A DNA stretch of 35,782 nucleotides from a virus (Duplodnaviria; Heunggongvirae; Uroviricota; Caudoviricetes). The position numbers and the translations under genes are program-made. Position 1 is the stretch's first letter; each line of letters starts with the position of its first letter. Shown piece by piece: positions 1 to 8,494 of the stretch. The DNA lies in IMG/VR virus record IMGVR_UViG_2651869830_000003. One strand, written 5' to 3'. Under the pieces are notes generated by a model. The model saw nothing but the letters and a program-made list of their open reading frames with translations. It ran no database searches and was not told the DNA's origin.

Positions 1-333
1 ATGGGGGAAGGTGAGGTGAATAAAATAGCTGCTATATCATTAATTAGTGTTTTTCTTATGTCTGGTTGTGCTGTGCATAATGATGAGACAAGTATCGGTA
101 AATTTGGCCTTGCATATAAAAGTAATATTCAGCGTAAACTCGATAACCAATACTACACCGAAGCCGAAGCTTCTTTAGCCAGGGGTAGAATATCTGGTGC
201 AGAAAATATAGTAAAAAATGATGCAACTCATTTCTGTGTTACTCAGGGCAAAAAAATGCAAATAGTTGAGCTGAAGACAGAAGGTGTAGGATTACATGGT
301 GTCGCTCGTCTGACATTCAAATGTGGAGAGTGA
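1..333 (+). CDS. Small putative lipoprotein, host gene flanking the prophage; possibly yegR by position only. Start uncertain: ATG at 1 or GTG at 16, which would give 105 aa.
   Basis: ORF track 110 aa. N-terminal hydrophobic stretch ending in a lipobox-like LMSGC. Moderate GC. Lies outside attL. Confidence 0.4.
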   Translation: MGEGEVNKIAAISLISVFLMSGCAVHNDETSIGKFGLAYKSNIQRKLDNQYYTEAEASLARGRISGAENIVKNDATHFCVTQGKKMQIVELKTEGVGLHGVARLTFKCGE

Positions 334-492
334 GAATATTTTTTGGTAAGCGTCAAATATGCGCGTTCTGGCTGTGCGTAGCCGGAACCTGTGGGAGCAC
401 GATGCCGATAAGTGAAAGGCATCGTGCTATGAAGGAGGATTCTATCGATGTGGTCAATGGAAGACGGTTACCAGAGATAGGGCTTATGCATA

Positions 493-519
493 AAAAAATA
501 AGCCCGTGTAAGGGAGATT
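493..519. repeat. attL core, 27 bp: aaaaaataagcccgtgtaagggagatt.
   Basis: Identical 27-mer at 34260-34286. Sits 80 bp from the 3' end of the integrase gene. Confidence 0.85.
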
Positions 520-598
520 TAGGGTGTCACCAGTAGGGGCTTTCAACGGTACAATGCGGGTTTGAGCGGCATAAATTACCACTGAAAGCCCTTAAACG

Positions 599-1612
599 TT
601 ACTCTACTGTGGACACTGTGTGGACACTCTCGGCCTCAGTGCCACCTCTTAGCGGATTAAGAGAAATGGCGTCCTGAAGGTACTCTGGCGCAAAATGAGC
701 GTAAACCATAGTTTGCTCAATCCGCGTGTGACCTAGTATCCGTTGTAGCGTGATAATACTTCCTCCATTAATCATGAAATGAGTGGCAAAGCTGTGCCTT
801 AGTGCATGTGTGGCTTGCCCCATTGGCAAATCCGGTTTTATTGCTTTCATTGTTCGTCTGAAGCGAGGGTAATCAGCATCAGGGAATAAAAAACCTCGTT
901 TGTTATCCGCGATCATTTTGGCAACAGCCTCTGAGATCGGGACGGTGCGTGGTTTGTTTGTTTTCGTTTTAACAAACGTGACGCGGTTATGGATGATATT
1001 TTCTGCTTTCAAACGAGCTGCTTCTCCCCAACGTGCTCCAGTACTCAGGCAAAGAATCGCAATCTTTTTATTGTCGCCGTCAAGAGCAGCAAGCAGTAAG
1101 GCAATTTCTTCCTGCGTGAGATAGCCTGTGTCTGGTTTTTCCTCCTTAAGCCTTTTTGTCCCTCTGATAGGGTGCTCACCAAAGAATAACTCCGCTTCAA
1201 TCAGGGCTGTAAACATGCCGCTAATACATGTTAAATCACGATTGATACTCGAAGGTTTAATACCCTGACTTCTTCGGGTGGCGCAGTACTGGCTGATAAG
1301 CGATTTCGTAATTTGAAATGCGCATGGGTCATTCGTTATTTTTGTGAAGATTTCAATTTTTCCAAGATTAGATTTCCCATGCTCTTCGTGTTTACCCTTT
1401 AAATCCCACCAGATCTGTGTCAGCTCCGACAGACGTCGCTTGTCTGTTGGTTTTGATAGCCATTCTTTATTGTGGTGGTTGTACAACGTGTATTTCTCGA
1501 AAGCGACAGCTTCGCTTTTCTTATCAAACTTCCTACGGATGCGTTTTCCATTACGTCCAGTAGGGCGGATGTCCACTTCATATCGACCATCATCGAGTTT
1601 TTTGATTGCCAT
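599..1612 (-). CDS. int: Tyrosine site-specific integrase, P2 Int-like, 337 aa.
   Basis: ATG start confirmed (cat at 1610-1612). Length equals P2 Int. C-terminal HxLRHxxAT...Y catalytic region visible (ATHALRHSFATHF...VYAHF). Adjacent to att core. Confidence 0.9.
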   Translation of the reverse strand: MAIKKLDDGRYEVDIRPTGRNGKRIRRKFDKKSEAVAFEKYTLYNHHNKEWLSKPTDKRRLSELTQIWWDLKGKHEEHGKSNLGKIEIFTKITNDPCAFQITKSLISQYCATRRSQGIKPSSINRDLTCISGMFTALIEAELFFGEHPIRGTKRLKEEKPDTGYLTQEEIALLLAALDGDNKKIAILCLSTGARWGEAARLKAENIIHNRVTFVKTKTNKPRTVPISEAVAKMIADNKRGFLFPDADYPRFRRTMKAIKPDLPMGQATHALRHSFATHFMINGGSIITLQRILGHTRIEQTMVYAHFAPEYLQDAISLNPLRGGTEAESVHTVSTVE

Positions 1613-1727
1613 CAGAAAACCCTCCGAGTGGTGTGTTTTTTGGCGACTACTAATCGCTTTTTTCGTGGTGGCTGAAATTTAGCCACCAATAGTAGGCACT
1701 TGTGATGAATATATTCACGATGAATTG

Positions 1728-2027
1728 TTAACCAGTCTTTTGACCGGAGTGGGGCGACGTTGTTTCGTTTTGCCCAAAGTGTGCGAGAGCGGGCGCAATT
1801 TGCCCGGACTCAGGAGCGATCTGATTGGTCATGAACCATAAAGTGTATTTGGTGAATTGTGGGGTCTGCAGGATGTTCATCATGACATCTGTTGGAGGTG
1901 TTGAACGACCACTTTCATAGTAACTCAGCGTGCCATACGGAACCCCTGTTAAATCAGCAAGTTGTTGTCTGCTCAAATACTCTGATTTTCGCATTAAGAC
2001 TATCTTCTCGCTTATCGTGTTTGACAT
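1728..2027 (-). CDS. C: Immunity repressor C, 99 aa, helix-turn-helix.
   Basis: Length and position match P2 C. HTH-like segment LSRQQLADLTGVPYGTLSYYESG. Divergent from cox. Confidence 0.85.
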   Translation of the reverse strand: MSNTISEKIVLMRKSEYLSRQQLADLTGVPYGTLSYYESGRSTPPTDVMMNILQTPQFTKYTLWFMTNQIAPESGQIAPALAHFGQNETTSPHSGQKTG

Positions 2028-2063
2028 GGTGTTTAGATCTCAATAGTATTTAGTTTAGATGTA
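2021..2063 (+). promoter_or_regulatory. Early promoter Pe: -35 TTGACA (2021-2026), 17-bp spacer, -10 TAGTAT (2044-2049). Direct-repeat operator half-sites TTTAGAT at 2032-2038 and 2054-2060, 22 bp apart, flank the -10.
   Basis: Sequence read directly. The layout matches the known P2 C operator (direct repeats flanking the Pe -10). Confidence 0.55.
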
Positions 2064-2141
2064 GATTGTTTAGTGCTTGGATGTGGGCACTAAAAGGCAT
2101 TATAAGGCATTAAACGCAATTCATGAGGGCTGGAGGACGAC

Positions 2142-2417
2142 ATGAGCAAGCAAGTAACACTCATGACTGATGCGATTCCTTATCAGGAGTTCGCAAAACT
2201 AATAGGAAAATCGACAGGAGCGGTTCGTCGGATGATCGATAAAGGAAAGCTGCCTGTAATTGATATGACCGATCCACAATCAGCTTCAGGTCGTGCTGGT
2301 GAATATTGGGTATACCTTCCGGCATGGAATAACGGACTAAAACTGGCTTATGAAAGCCGTCCTAAAGAGATTCGTGACGTCTGGTTGATGTGGTTAGGTC
2401 TCGGTGAACCACGTTAA
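2142..2417 (+). CDS. cox: Cox excisionase and transcriptional regulator, 91 aa.
   Basis: First gene of the rightward early operon. Length equals P2 Cox. SD ggagga upstream. Confidence 0.85.
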   Translation: MSKQVTLMTDAIPYQEFAKLIGKSTGAVRRMIDKGKLPVIDMTDPQSASGRAGEYWVYLPAWNNGLKLAYESRPKEIRDVWLMWLGLGEPR

Positions 2418-2427
2418 GGAGAACCGT

Positions 2428-2598
2428 ATGAATGAGCCTCGTTGTATTGCTCAGTTATTGCGTAACGAAAGCCCCAGGGCAATTGACTTCACAATCACCC
2501 ACGGTAAGGGGCGTAAGGGAATCATTATCCGCACCAAAAAACAGAGTCCGTTAAAAAAGGCTCTGACCTTTCTGAAAAGCCGGAGGGTCTGGAAATGA
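2428..2598 (+). CDS. Small early-operon protein, 56 aa, P2 orf78-like.
   Basis: ATG at 2428 preceded by aaggag. Track ORF 2404-2598 trimmed to the SD-supported start. Confidence 0.5.
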   Translation: MNEPRCIAQLLRNESPRAIDFTITHGKGRKGIIIRTKKQSPLKKALTFLKSRRVWK

Positions 2599-3095
2599 CA
2601 GTGATGACGCTCAATCTCGTTGAAAAACAGCCAGCAGCTATGCGCCGGATAATTGGTAAGCATCTGGCCGTCCCTCGCTGGCAGGAGACATGCGATTATT
2701 ATAATCAGATGATGGAACGCGAACGGCTAACGGTTTGCTTCCATGCGCAGTTAAAACAGCGTCACGCAACGATGCGTTTTGAAGAAATGAACGACGTCGA
2801 ACGTGAACGGCTGGTTTGTGCAATTGATGAATTGCGTGGGGCATTCTCAAAACGCCGTCAGGTTGGCGCAAGTGAGTATGCATATATTAGTTTTTTAACA
2901 GTCAGTCAGCGTCGTACTTTATTTATGCATGCCGGATTGACTGAAAAAGAATTCAACCAGCCATACTGGCGAATTAATGAAGAATCATGTTACTGGCGTG
3001 ATGCTTTATTCCGTGCATTACGTGAATTATTCAGCCTGTTTGAGTATGCACCGACAATTCTGACGTCGGTAAAACCAGAGCAATATCTGCATTAA
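2595..3095 (+). CDS. B: Replication protein B-like, 166 aa (helicase-loader function in P2).
   Basis: Position after cox. Length identical to P2 B. SD ggaggg upstream. Confidence 0.65.
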   Translation: MTVMTLNLVEKQPAAMRRIIGKHLAVPRWQETCDYYNQMMERERLTVCFHAQLKQRHATMRFEEMNDVERERLVCAIDELRGAFSKRRQVGASEYAYISFLTVSQRRTLFMHAGLTEKEFNQPYWRINEESCYWRDALFRALRELFSLFEYAPTILTSVKPEQYLH

Positions 3096-3158
3096 GTAAT
3101 TAACCAGCGTTTTTAACGCACTTAATTGTGCGGGGCTTCTTTTTGCCTGGAGAAAGTC

Positions 3159-3383
3159 ATGCATACAGTTTCTGAAAATCAGTGCGGTAAATACGCATTA
3201 CTGCTGCAACAGGCCAGAACCGAAGCACAGGCCGACGCGGCGACGCGCTTTTCTTCTCATCTTGACGCCATGATTCGCCACATCACAAAGGCGGAGTTAT
3301 CCCGCGTGGAGATAGTCGAGCTGCTCAGTCAGGAGTCGGAAAAATTTCACAATATCGGATTGTCTCGCGGGGAGGTACTTTGA
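3159..3383 (+). CDS. Early hypothetical protein, P2 orf80-like.
   Basis: ATG at 3159 with ggaga SD. Part of the tightly packed early operon. Confidence 0.5.
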   Translation: MHTVSENQCGKYALLLQQARTEAQADAATRFSSHLDAMIRHITKAELSRVEIVELLSQESEKFHNIGLSRGEVL

Positions 3384-3682
3384 TGTCCTGTTCTCATTCA
3401 GTTGTATTACTGAATAACGCCTTAAAAATCGCCGTTATGAAAAATGGCGATTTGTCTCTTATTCAACTTTGTCTTGATAAAGAAAAACGCGACATCACTG
3501 AATCTATTATCGCGATTTATCAGAATGAATTAAACCTCCTGTCTGATGTGGTCAATTTACTTGTTAAACGCGCTGTATTCCACAAGCAAATTTCCTCAGT
3601 GGATGAACTGACAAAATTAACGACAGAACTTGCCAGTTATTGCGCTGATGTATCCAGGAAACTTAACGATAAAAGGAGCTGA
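3383..3682 (+). CDS. Early hypothetical protein, 99 aa, P2 orf81-like.
   Basis: ATG at 3383 with ggggagg SD. The track start at 3380 is TTG. Confidence 0.5.
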   Translation: MSCSHSVVLLNNALKIAVMKNGDLSLIQLCLDKEKRDITESIIAIYQNELNLLSDVVNLLVKRAVFHKQISSVDELTKLTTELASYCADVSRKLNDKRS

Positions 3683-3684
3683 TA

Positions 3685-3909
3685 ATGCCGGACAACGTAG
3701 ATTTTATTCAGGAACAACAGGCTGAATTACTGGAGCGCCAGATTAACGCGGCAAGGGTAAAACATTGCGGTGCTTCTGCGCTGGTTTGCGAAGAGTGTGA
3801 CGCGCCAATACCTGCTGCCCGTCGTGCGGCTTATCCGTCAGCCACGCGTTGTGTTTCCTGTCAGTCAGTCTTTGAAGCAAAAAACAAACATTACCGGAGA
3901 ACGGCATGA
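3685..3909 (+). CDS. TraR/DksA-family C4 zinc-finger protein, 74 aa, P2 orf82-like.
   Basis: CxxC...CxxC motif (CEECDAPI...RCVSCQ). aaggag SD. Confidence 0.6.
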   Translation: MPDNVDFIQEQQAELLERQINAARVKHCGASALVCEECDAPIPAARRAAYPSATRCVSCQSVFEAKNKHYRRTA

Positions 3910-4181
3910 GTATTCGTATTGAAATTGGCGAACGTTATGTCGTTACCAGTGACAGCTTCCAGTTTATTCTCCACGAGAAAAAGAGAGCGGAAAGCGGTAA
4001 AAACGCCGGTCAGGAATGGCTGGCGGTGGTTGGTTATTACCCGAAATTAAGCCAGCTTGTTTCCGGCCTGATGCATCACGATATTCTGACCGGAAGCGCA
4101 AAGTCTTTTGCTGATTTAAACGCGCAGGTTGAGCAACTCAGCAGGCGTTGTTCAGAGGCTTTTGGCTCATATGGCCGTTAA
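3906..4181 (+). CDS. Early hypothetical protein, 91 aa, P2 orf83-like.
   Basis: Overlapping-stop operon organisation with ggaga SD. Confidence 0.5.
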   Translation: MSIRIEIGERYVVTSDSFQFILHEKKRAESGKNAGQEWLAVVGYYPKLSQLVSGLMHHDILTGSAKSFADLNAQVEQLSRRCSEAFGSYGR

Positions 4182-6456
4182 AGCCTCCGGGCGTTTTGTC
4201 CCTCCGTCAGCATTTTCCGCAGGCACCGGTAAGACGTTTGCCGGTGCTTATGCATGGAACGCGCCACGCGAGGCTGTCGGGCGCGAAAGACCCCTTACAC
4301 GTGACGAGATGCGTCAGGTGCAAGGTGTTTTATCCACGATTAACCGCCTGCCTTACTTTTTGCGCTCGCTGTTTACTTCACGCTATGACTACATCCGGCG
4401 CAATAAAAGCCCGGTGCACGGGTTTTATTTCCTCACATCCACTTTTCAGCGTCGTTTATGGCCGCGCATTGAGCGTGTGAATCAGCGCCATGAAATGAAC
4501 ACCGAAGCGTCGATGCTGTTTCTGGCTGAGCGTGACCACTATGCGCGTCTGCCGGGGATGAATGACAAGGAGCTGAAAAAGTTTGCCGCCCGTATCTCAT
4601 CGCAGCTTTTCATGATGTATGAGGAACTCTGCGATGCCTGGGTGGATGCGCATGGCGAAAAAGAATCGCTGTTTACGGATGAGGCGCAGGCGCATCTGTA
4701 TGGTCATGTTGCTGGCGCTGCACGTGCTTTCAATATTTCCCCGCTTTACTGGAAAAAATACCGTAAAGGACAGATGACCACGAGGCAGGCATATTCTGCC
4801 ATTGCCCGTCTGTTTAACGATGAGTGGTGGACTCATCAGCTTAAAGGCCAGCGTATGCGCTGGCATGAAGCGTTACTGATTGCTGTCGGGGAGGTCAATA
4901 AAGACCGTTCTCCTTATGCCAGTAAACACGCCATTCGTGATGTGCGTGCGCGCCGCCAGGCAAATCTGGAATTTCTTAAATCGTGTGACCTTGAAAACAG
5001 GGAAACCGGCGAGCGCATCGACCTTATCAGTAAGGTGATGGGCAGTATTTCTAATCCTGAAATTCGCCGGATGGAGCTGATGAACACCATTGCCGGTATT
5101 GAGCGTTACGCCGCAGCAGAGGGTGATGTGGGGATGTTTATCACGCTGACCGCGCCGTCAAAGTATCACCCGACACGTCAGGTCAGAAAAGGCGAAAGTA
5201 AAACCGTCCAGCTAAATCACGGCTGGAACGATGAGGCATTTAATCCAAAGGATGCGCAGCGTTATCTCTGCCGTATCTGGAGCCTGATGCGCACGGCATT
5301 CAAGGATAATGATTTACAGGTCTACGGTTTGCGTGTCGTCGAGCCACACCACGACGGAACGCCGCACTGGCATATGATGCTTTTTTGTAATCCACGCCAG
5401 CGTAACCAGATTATCGAAATCATGCGTCGCTATGCGCTCAAAGAGGATGGTGACGAAAGAGGAGCCGCGCGAAACCGTTTTCAGGCAAAGCACCTTAACC
5501 GGGGCGGTGCTGCGGGATATATCGCGAAATACATTTCAAAAAATATCGACGGCTATGCACTGGATGGTCAGCTCGATAACGATACCGGTAAGCCGCTTAA
5601 AGATACTGCCGCGGCTGTTACCGCATGGGCGTCAACGTGGCGCATCCCGCAATTTAAAACGGTTGGCCTGCCGACAATGGGGGCTTACCGTGAACTACGC
5701 AAATTGCCTCGCGGCGTCAGTATTGCTGATGAGTTTGACGAACGCGTCGAGGCTGCTCGCGCTGCCGCAGACAGTGGTGATTTTGCGTTGTATATCAGCG
5801 CGCAGGGCGGGGCAAATGTCCCGCGCGATTGTCAGACTGTCAGGGTCGCCCGTAGCCCGTCGGATGAAGTTAACGAGTACGAGGAAGAAGTCGAGAGAGT
5901 GGTCGGCATTTACGCGCCGCATCTCGGCGCGCGTCATATTCATATCACCAGAACGACGGACTGGCGCATTGTTCCGAAAGTGCCGGTCGTTGAGCCTTTG
6001 ACTTTAAAAAGCGGCATCGCCGCGCCTCGGAGTCCTGTCAATAACTGTGGAAAGCTCACCGGTGGTGATACTTCGTTACCGGCTCCCACACCTTCTGAAC
6101 ACGCTGCAGCAGTGCTTAATCTGGTTGATGACGGTGTTATCGAATGGAATGACACGGAGGTCGTGAGGGCGCTCAGGGGGGCATTAAAACACGACCTGAG
6201 AACACCAAATCGTCAGCAAAGAAACGGAAGCCCGTTAAAACCACATGAAATTGCACCATCGGCCAGACTGACCCGGTCGGAAAGAATGCAAATTACCCGT
6301 ATCCGCGTTGACCTTGCTCAGAACGGTATCAGGCCGCAGCGATGGGAGCTTGAGGCGCTGGCGCGTGGCGCGACCGTAAATTATGACGGGAAAAAATTCA
6401 CGTATCTGGTAGATGAGGAGTGGCTGGAGGATATAACGGATATTAAGTGGAGCTAA
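4171..6456 (+). CDS. A: Rolling-circle replication initiator A (HUH endonuclease), 761 aa.
   Basis: ATG at 4171 gives exactly 761 aa as in P2 A (the track start at 4129 is TTG). HUH-like HWHMMLF and paired-tyrosine GYIAKYISK motifs. Confidence 0.9.
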   Translation: MAVKASGRFVPPSAFSAGTGKTFAGAYAWNAPREAVGRERPLTRDEMRQVQGVLSTINRLPYFLRSLFTSRYDYIRRNKSPVHGFYFLTSTFQRRLWPRIERVNQRHEMNTEASMLFLAERDHYARLPGMNDKELKKFAARISSQLFMMYEELCDAWVDAHGEKESLFTDEAQAHLYGHVAGAARAFNISPLYWKKYRKGQMTTRQAYSAIARLFNDEWWTHQLKGQRMRWHEALLIAVGEVNKDRSPYASKHAIRDVRARRQANLEFLKSCDLENRETGERIDLISKVMGSISNPEIRRMELMNTIAGIERYAAAEGDVGMFITLTAPSKYHPTRQVRKGESKTVQLNHGWNDEAFNPKDAQRYLCRIWSLMRTAFKDNDLQVYGLRVVEPHHDGTPHWHMMLFCNPRQRNQIIEIMRRYALKEDGDERGAARNRFQAKHLNRGGAAGYIAKYISKNIDGYALDGQLDNDTGKPLKDTAAAVTAWASTWRIPQFKTVGLPTMGAYRELRKLPRGVSIADEFDERVEAARAAADSGDFALYISAQGGANVPRDCQTVRVARSPSDEVNEYEEEVERVVGIYAPHLGARHIHITRTTDWRIVPKVPVVEPLTLKSGIAAPRSPVNNCGKLTGGDTSLPAPTPSEHAAAVLNLVDDGVIEWNDTEVVRALRGALKHDLRTPNRQQRNGSPLKPHEIAPSARLTRSERMQITRIRVDLAQNGIRPQRWELEALARGATVNYDGKKFTYLVDEEWLEDITDIKWS

Positions 6457-6526
6457 TGATAATTTAACTCCTCGGAATAGAATGTTATGTTCGTTCTTGA
6501 TAACTGATAATGAGTGATTTAAAAAA

Positions 6527-6552
6527 AGCCATGTTATGTTACTAACATGGCT
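6527..6552. terminator. Bidirectional rho-independent terminator between the convergent A and reverse transcriptase genes.
   Basis: 10-bp perfect stem agccatgtta/taacatggct with a 6-nt loop, A7 tract on one side and T tract on the other. Confidence 0.55.
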
Positions 6553-6560
6553 TTGGGATA

Positions 6561-8108
6561 TTAATTGCTGTGCTCTTTAAAGAATAGATTAACTTCTTCA
6601 GGTGTTATATTGTCATCCATTTTATCAAATTTATCTGTGTCAACGATTTTTGTTTTTCTTAGCAAGGATAATATCTTGGCTTTATTGGGACTCGTTTCTT
6701 TTCCTTGGATCCAGTCAATATTCCATAAATTATTTACAGAAAATGTTTTCTCTTTTGTGAGTTCATCATTTATACGGACGCATAGAGCTGACTTATAAGA
6801 TTTATTCCACTCTAGGTTTATTTTTGCTTGAGTTCGCTGAAACCATATCTCAAGCATTTCTGTATTGGGTTGTTTATCCAGTTTTTTATGGAGTTGTTCT
6901 AGCTTTGTTAATTTTTTTTGGGTGTCATCACCATAAAGAAAACTGAGGAGTTTTGAGAAAATTGCCGTTCCTACTGGGTACGTTGTAGGGTTTTTTGCCA
7001 TGATGCTTGAAATAATACCAAGCATGGCATCAACCTGTTGGCCGTTATCTTTAATTGCCTTTCGCTTAAACAAATTCCTAAGAAAATCATTTAGATATCT
7101 AACGGTTGTTTTCGAGTTTGGATGCTTAAGTGAAAATAAATATATTGAATAGAGCATTTTCTGGAGTGACTTATGTCTTTTTTCTTTGATGTAGTCTTTT
7201 TTGGCTTGTTTCAACGAATGAAGTATGATGTCTTCATATAGTTCAGTTTTTTTTGAGTTTAGATCTAAACCAAAATCGCCCAACACATTGACTAAACATT
7301 TTGATATTATGTCTAAATCATCTTTGCTATTAGAGAAGATCCGGTAATCATCACGGTAGCGTACTACCTTGTAGTTTATTATTTTAAGTTCGTTAGTTTT
7401 TTTTCTTAATTCTATATCGATTTGACCCAAGATAAGCTCAGCAAATGTATCCATCAATGTGCTGCCGAGTGGAATACCATTTGTCTGGTTGTTCATCATC
7501 ATTTGAATGTGGCTGTCAATTAATCCCCCTGGGTTATTTTTGTTTTTTTTCTTCTTAGCATCTTCTTTTGATATGAATACCCATTCAAAACTATGAGTAT
7601 ATATTGATGGGTAGAAGTTTGAGATGTCAGTGCTGAACATGAATTCGTATTCAAGAGCAAGGGCAAGGCTTTTTTGTTCAAAATCTTCCCACCAATTCAT
7701 TACAGACGCAGCAATGTTTGACGAGTTGTCTTTTCTGACGGGGATGCTTGAACATGTAAAAAGATCGTTTGATTCAAAAGATTTGAATTTTTCTGTTATG
7801 ATTTCCCAGGTTGTTGGTGCTGTGATTTTTCTACAGAAGTAGACATAATAAAGGGGATTTATAAGTGTTATCCTACGCCAGCTATATAGACCATCTTTAC
7901 TGAGAAGCACCTCATAATTGATATCTTTACCCATCAGCTCCTTGGCGGTTGGTTCAATTTTAATTTTTTTGTTATGGATAGATGAATTAATATCATTTAA
8001 TAATGTGGTGAAATTAATATAAGCCGGTAATTCTAAGGTTGTGTAGGAGTCATGGCGAAGAAAATATGACAGTGCTTCTTCACTGGTTAGTTCATATACT
8101 TTTTTCAT
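6561..8108 (-). CDS. Reverse transcriptase, 515 aa, single-gene Abi-type (probably Abi-P2 class), with a C-terminal alpha-helical domain of unknown function.
   Basis: RT motifs in the N-terminal half: FSTDISNFYPSIY, GIPLGSTLMDTFAELILG, and YRDD catalytic box at 7347-7358 on the minus strand. Strongly AT-rich. Occupies the P2 tin/old site. Confidence 0.8.
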   Translation of the reverse strand: MKKVYELTSEEALSYFLRHDSYTTLELPAYINFTTLLNDINSSIHNKKIKIEPTAKELMGKDINYEVLLSKDGLYSWRRITLINPLYYVYFCRKITAPTTWEIITEKFKSFESNDLFTCSSIPVRKDNSSNIAASVMNWWEDFEQKSLALALEYEFMFSTDISNFYPSIYTHSFEWVFISKEDAKKKKNKNNPGGLIDSHIQMMMNNQTNGIPLGSTLMDTFAELILGQIDIELRKKTNELKIINYKVVRYRDDYRIFSNSKDDLDIISKCLVNVLGDFGLDLNSKKTELYEDIILHSLKQAKKDYIKEKRHKSLQKMLYSIYLFSLKHPNSKTTVRYLNDFLRNLFKRKAIKDNGQQVDAMLGIISSIMAKNPTTYPVGTAIFSKLLSFLYGDDTQKKLTKLEQLHKKLDKQPNTEMLEIWFQRTQAKINLEWNKSYKSALCVRINDELTKEKTFSVNNLWNIDWIQGKETSPNKAKILSLLRKTKIVDTDKFDKMDDNITPEEVNLFFKEHSN

Positions 8109-8298
8109 GAGGATAATGCTCTTGTTAGGGATGATGTTTTTTTATCATGAAATTGAAGGTATTGCGAGAGGCAGTAGTGCATTTGACTGCGTCTATTTGC
8201 ATGTGTTTTTGATAACGGTTTTTGTAATCAGGATGGAGCGCAGCACTGAGGAGCGGAACATAATGCAACTGCATTAAAACCGACCCATGAAGCGGGCG

Positions 8299-8317
8299 GG
8301 CGAGGCGGGGAAAGCAC
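8299..8317. other. cos site: 19-nt cohesive-end sequence ggcgaggcggggaaagcac.
   Basis: Matches the P2 cohesive-end sequence as I recall it. Lies at the expected place between the tin/old-equivalent island and Q. Confidence 0.55.
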
Positions 8318-8467
8318 TGCGCGCTGGCGGTGGTGCTGATTTTATTTTTTCAGCGTCTCAGCGTCTCAGCGCGTCGTGACGGCGTTTGGATTGTGCGCCG
8401 GGGCGTTGGTGTGTCTGCGGGGTGTTTTGTGCGGTGGTGAGCGTGTGAGGGCGTGATGACGGGGTGT

Positions 8468-8489
8468 AAAAAAGCCGCCCGCAGGCGGC
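8468..8489 (-). terminator. Rho-independent terminator of the P-Q operon.
   Basis: gccgcc-cgca-ggcggc hairpin immediately after the Q stop, followed on the minus strand by a U6 tract. Confidence 0.55.
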
Positions 8490-8494
8490 GATGT

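Noticed and set aside
321-536. 71-aa plus-strand ORF spanning the attL core.
   Set aside because: Crosses the host/phage junction and contains the att core and a hairpin. No coding signal; an artefact of the junction.
2404-4170. Longer ORF-track versions of early genes and of A, P, O, L, V and ogr.
   Set aside because: Several track ORFs begin at TTG/GTG or at an upstream in-frame ATG lacking a Shine-Dalgarno sequence. I trimmed them to the ATG with a ribosome-binding site, which reproduces the exact P2 protein lengths.
6561-8298. Retron (RT plus msr/msd ncRNA) interpretation of the reverse transcriptase locus.
   Set aside because: The RT is much longer than typical retron RTs, has a large C-terminal extension, and I found no flanking long inverted repeats characteristic of msr/msd. 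An Abi-type stand-alone RT fits better.
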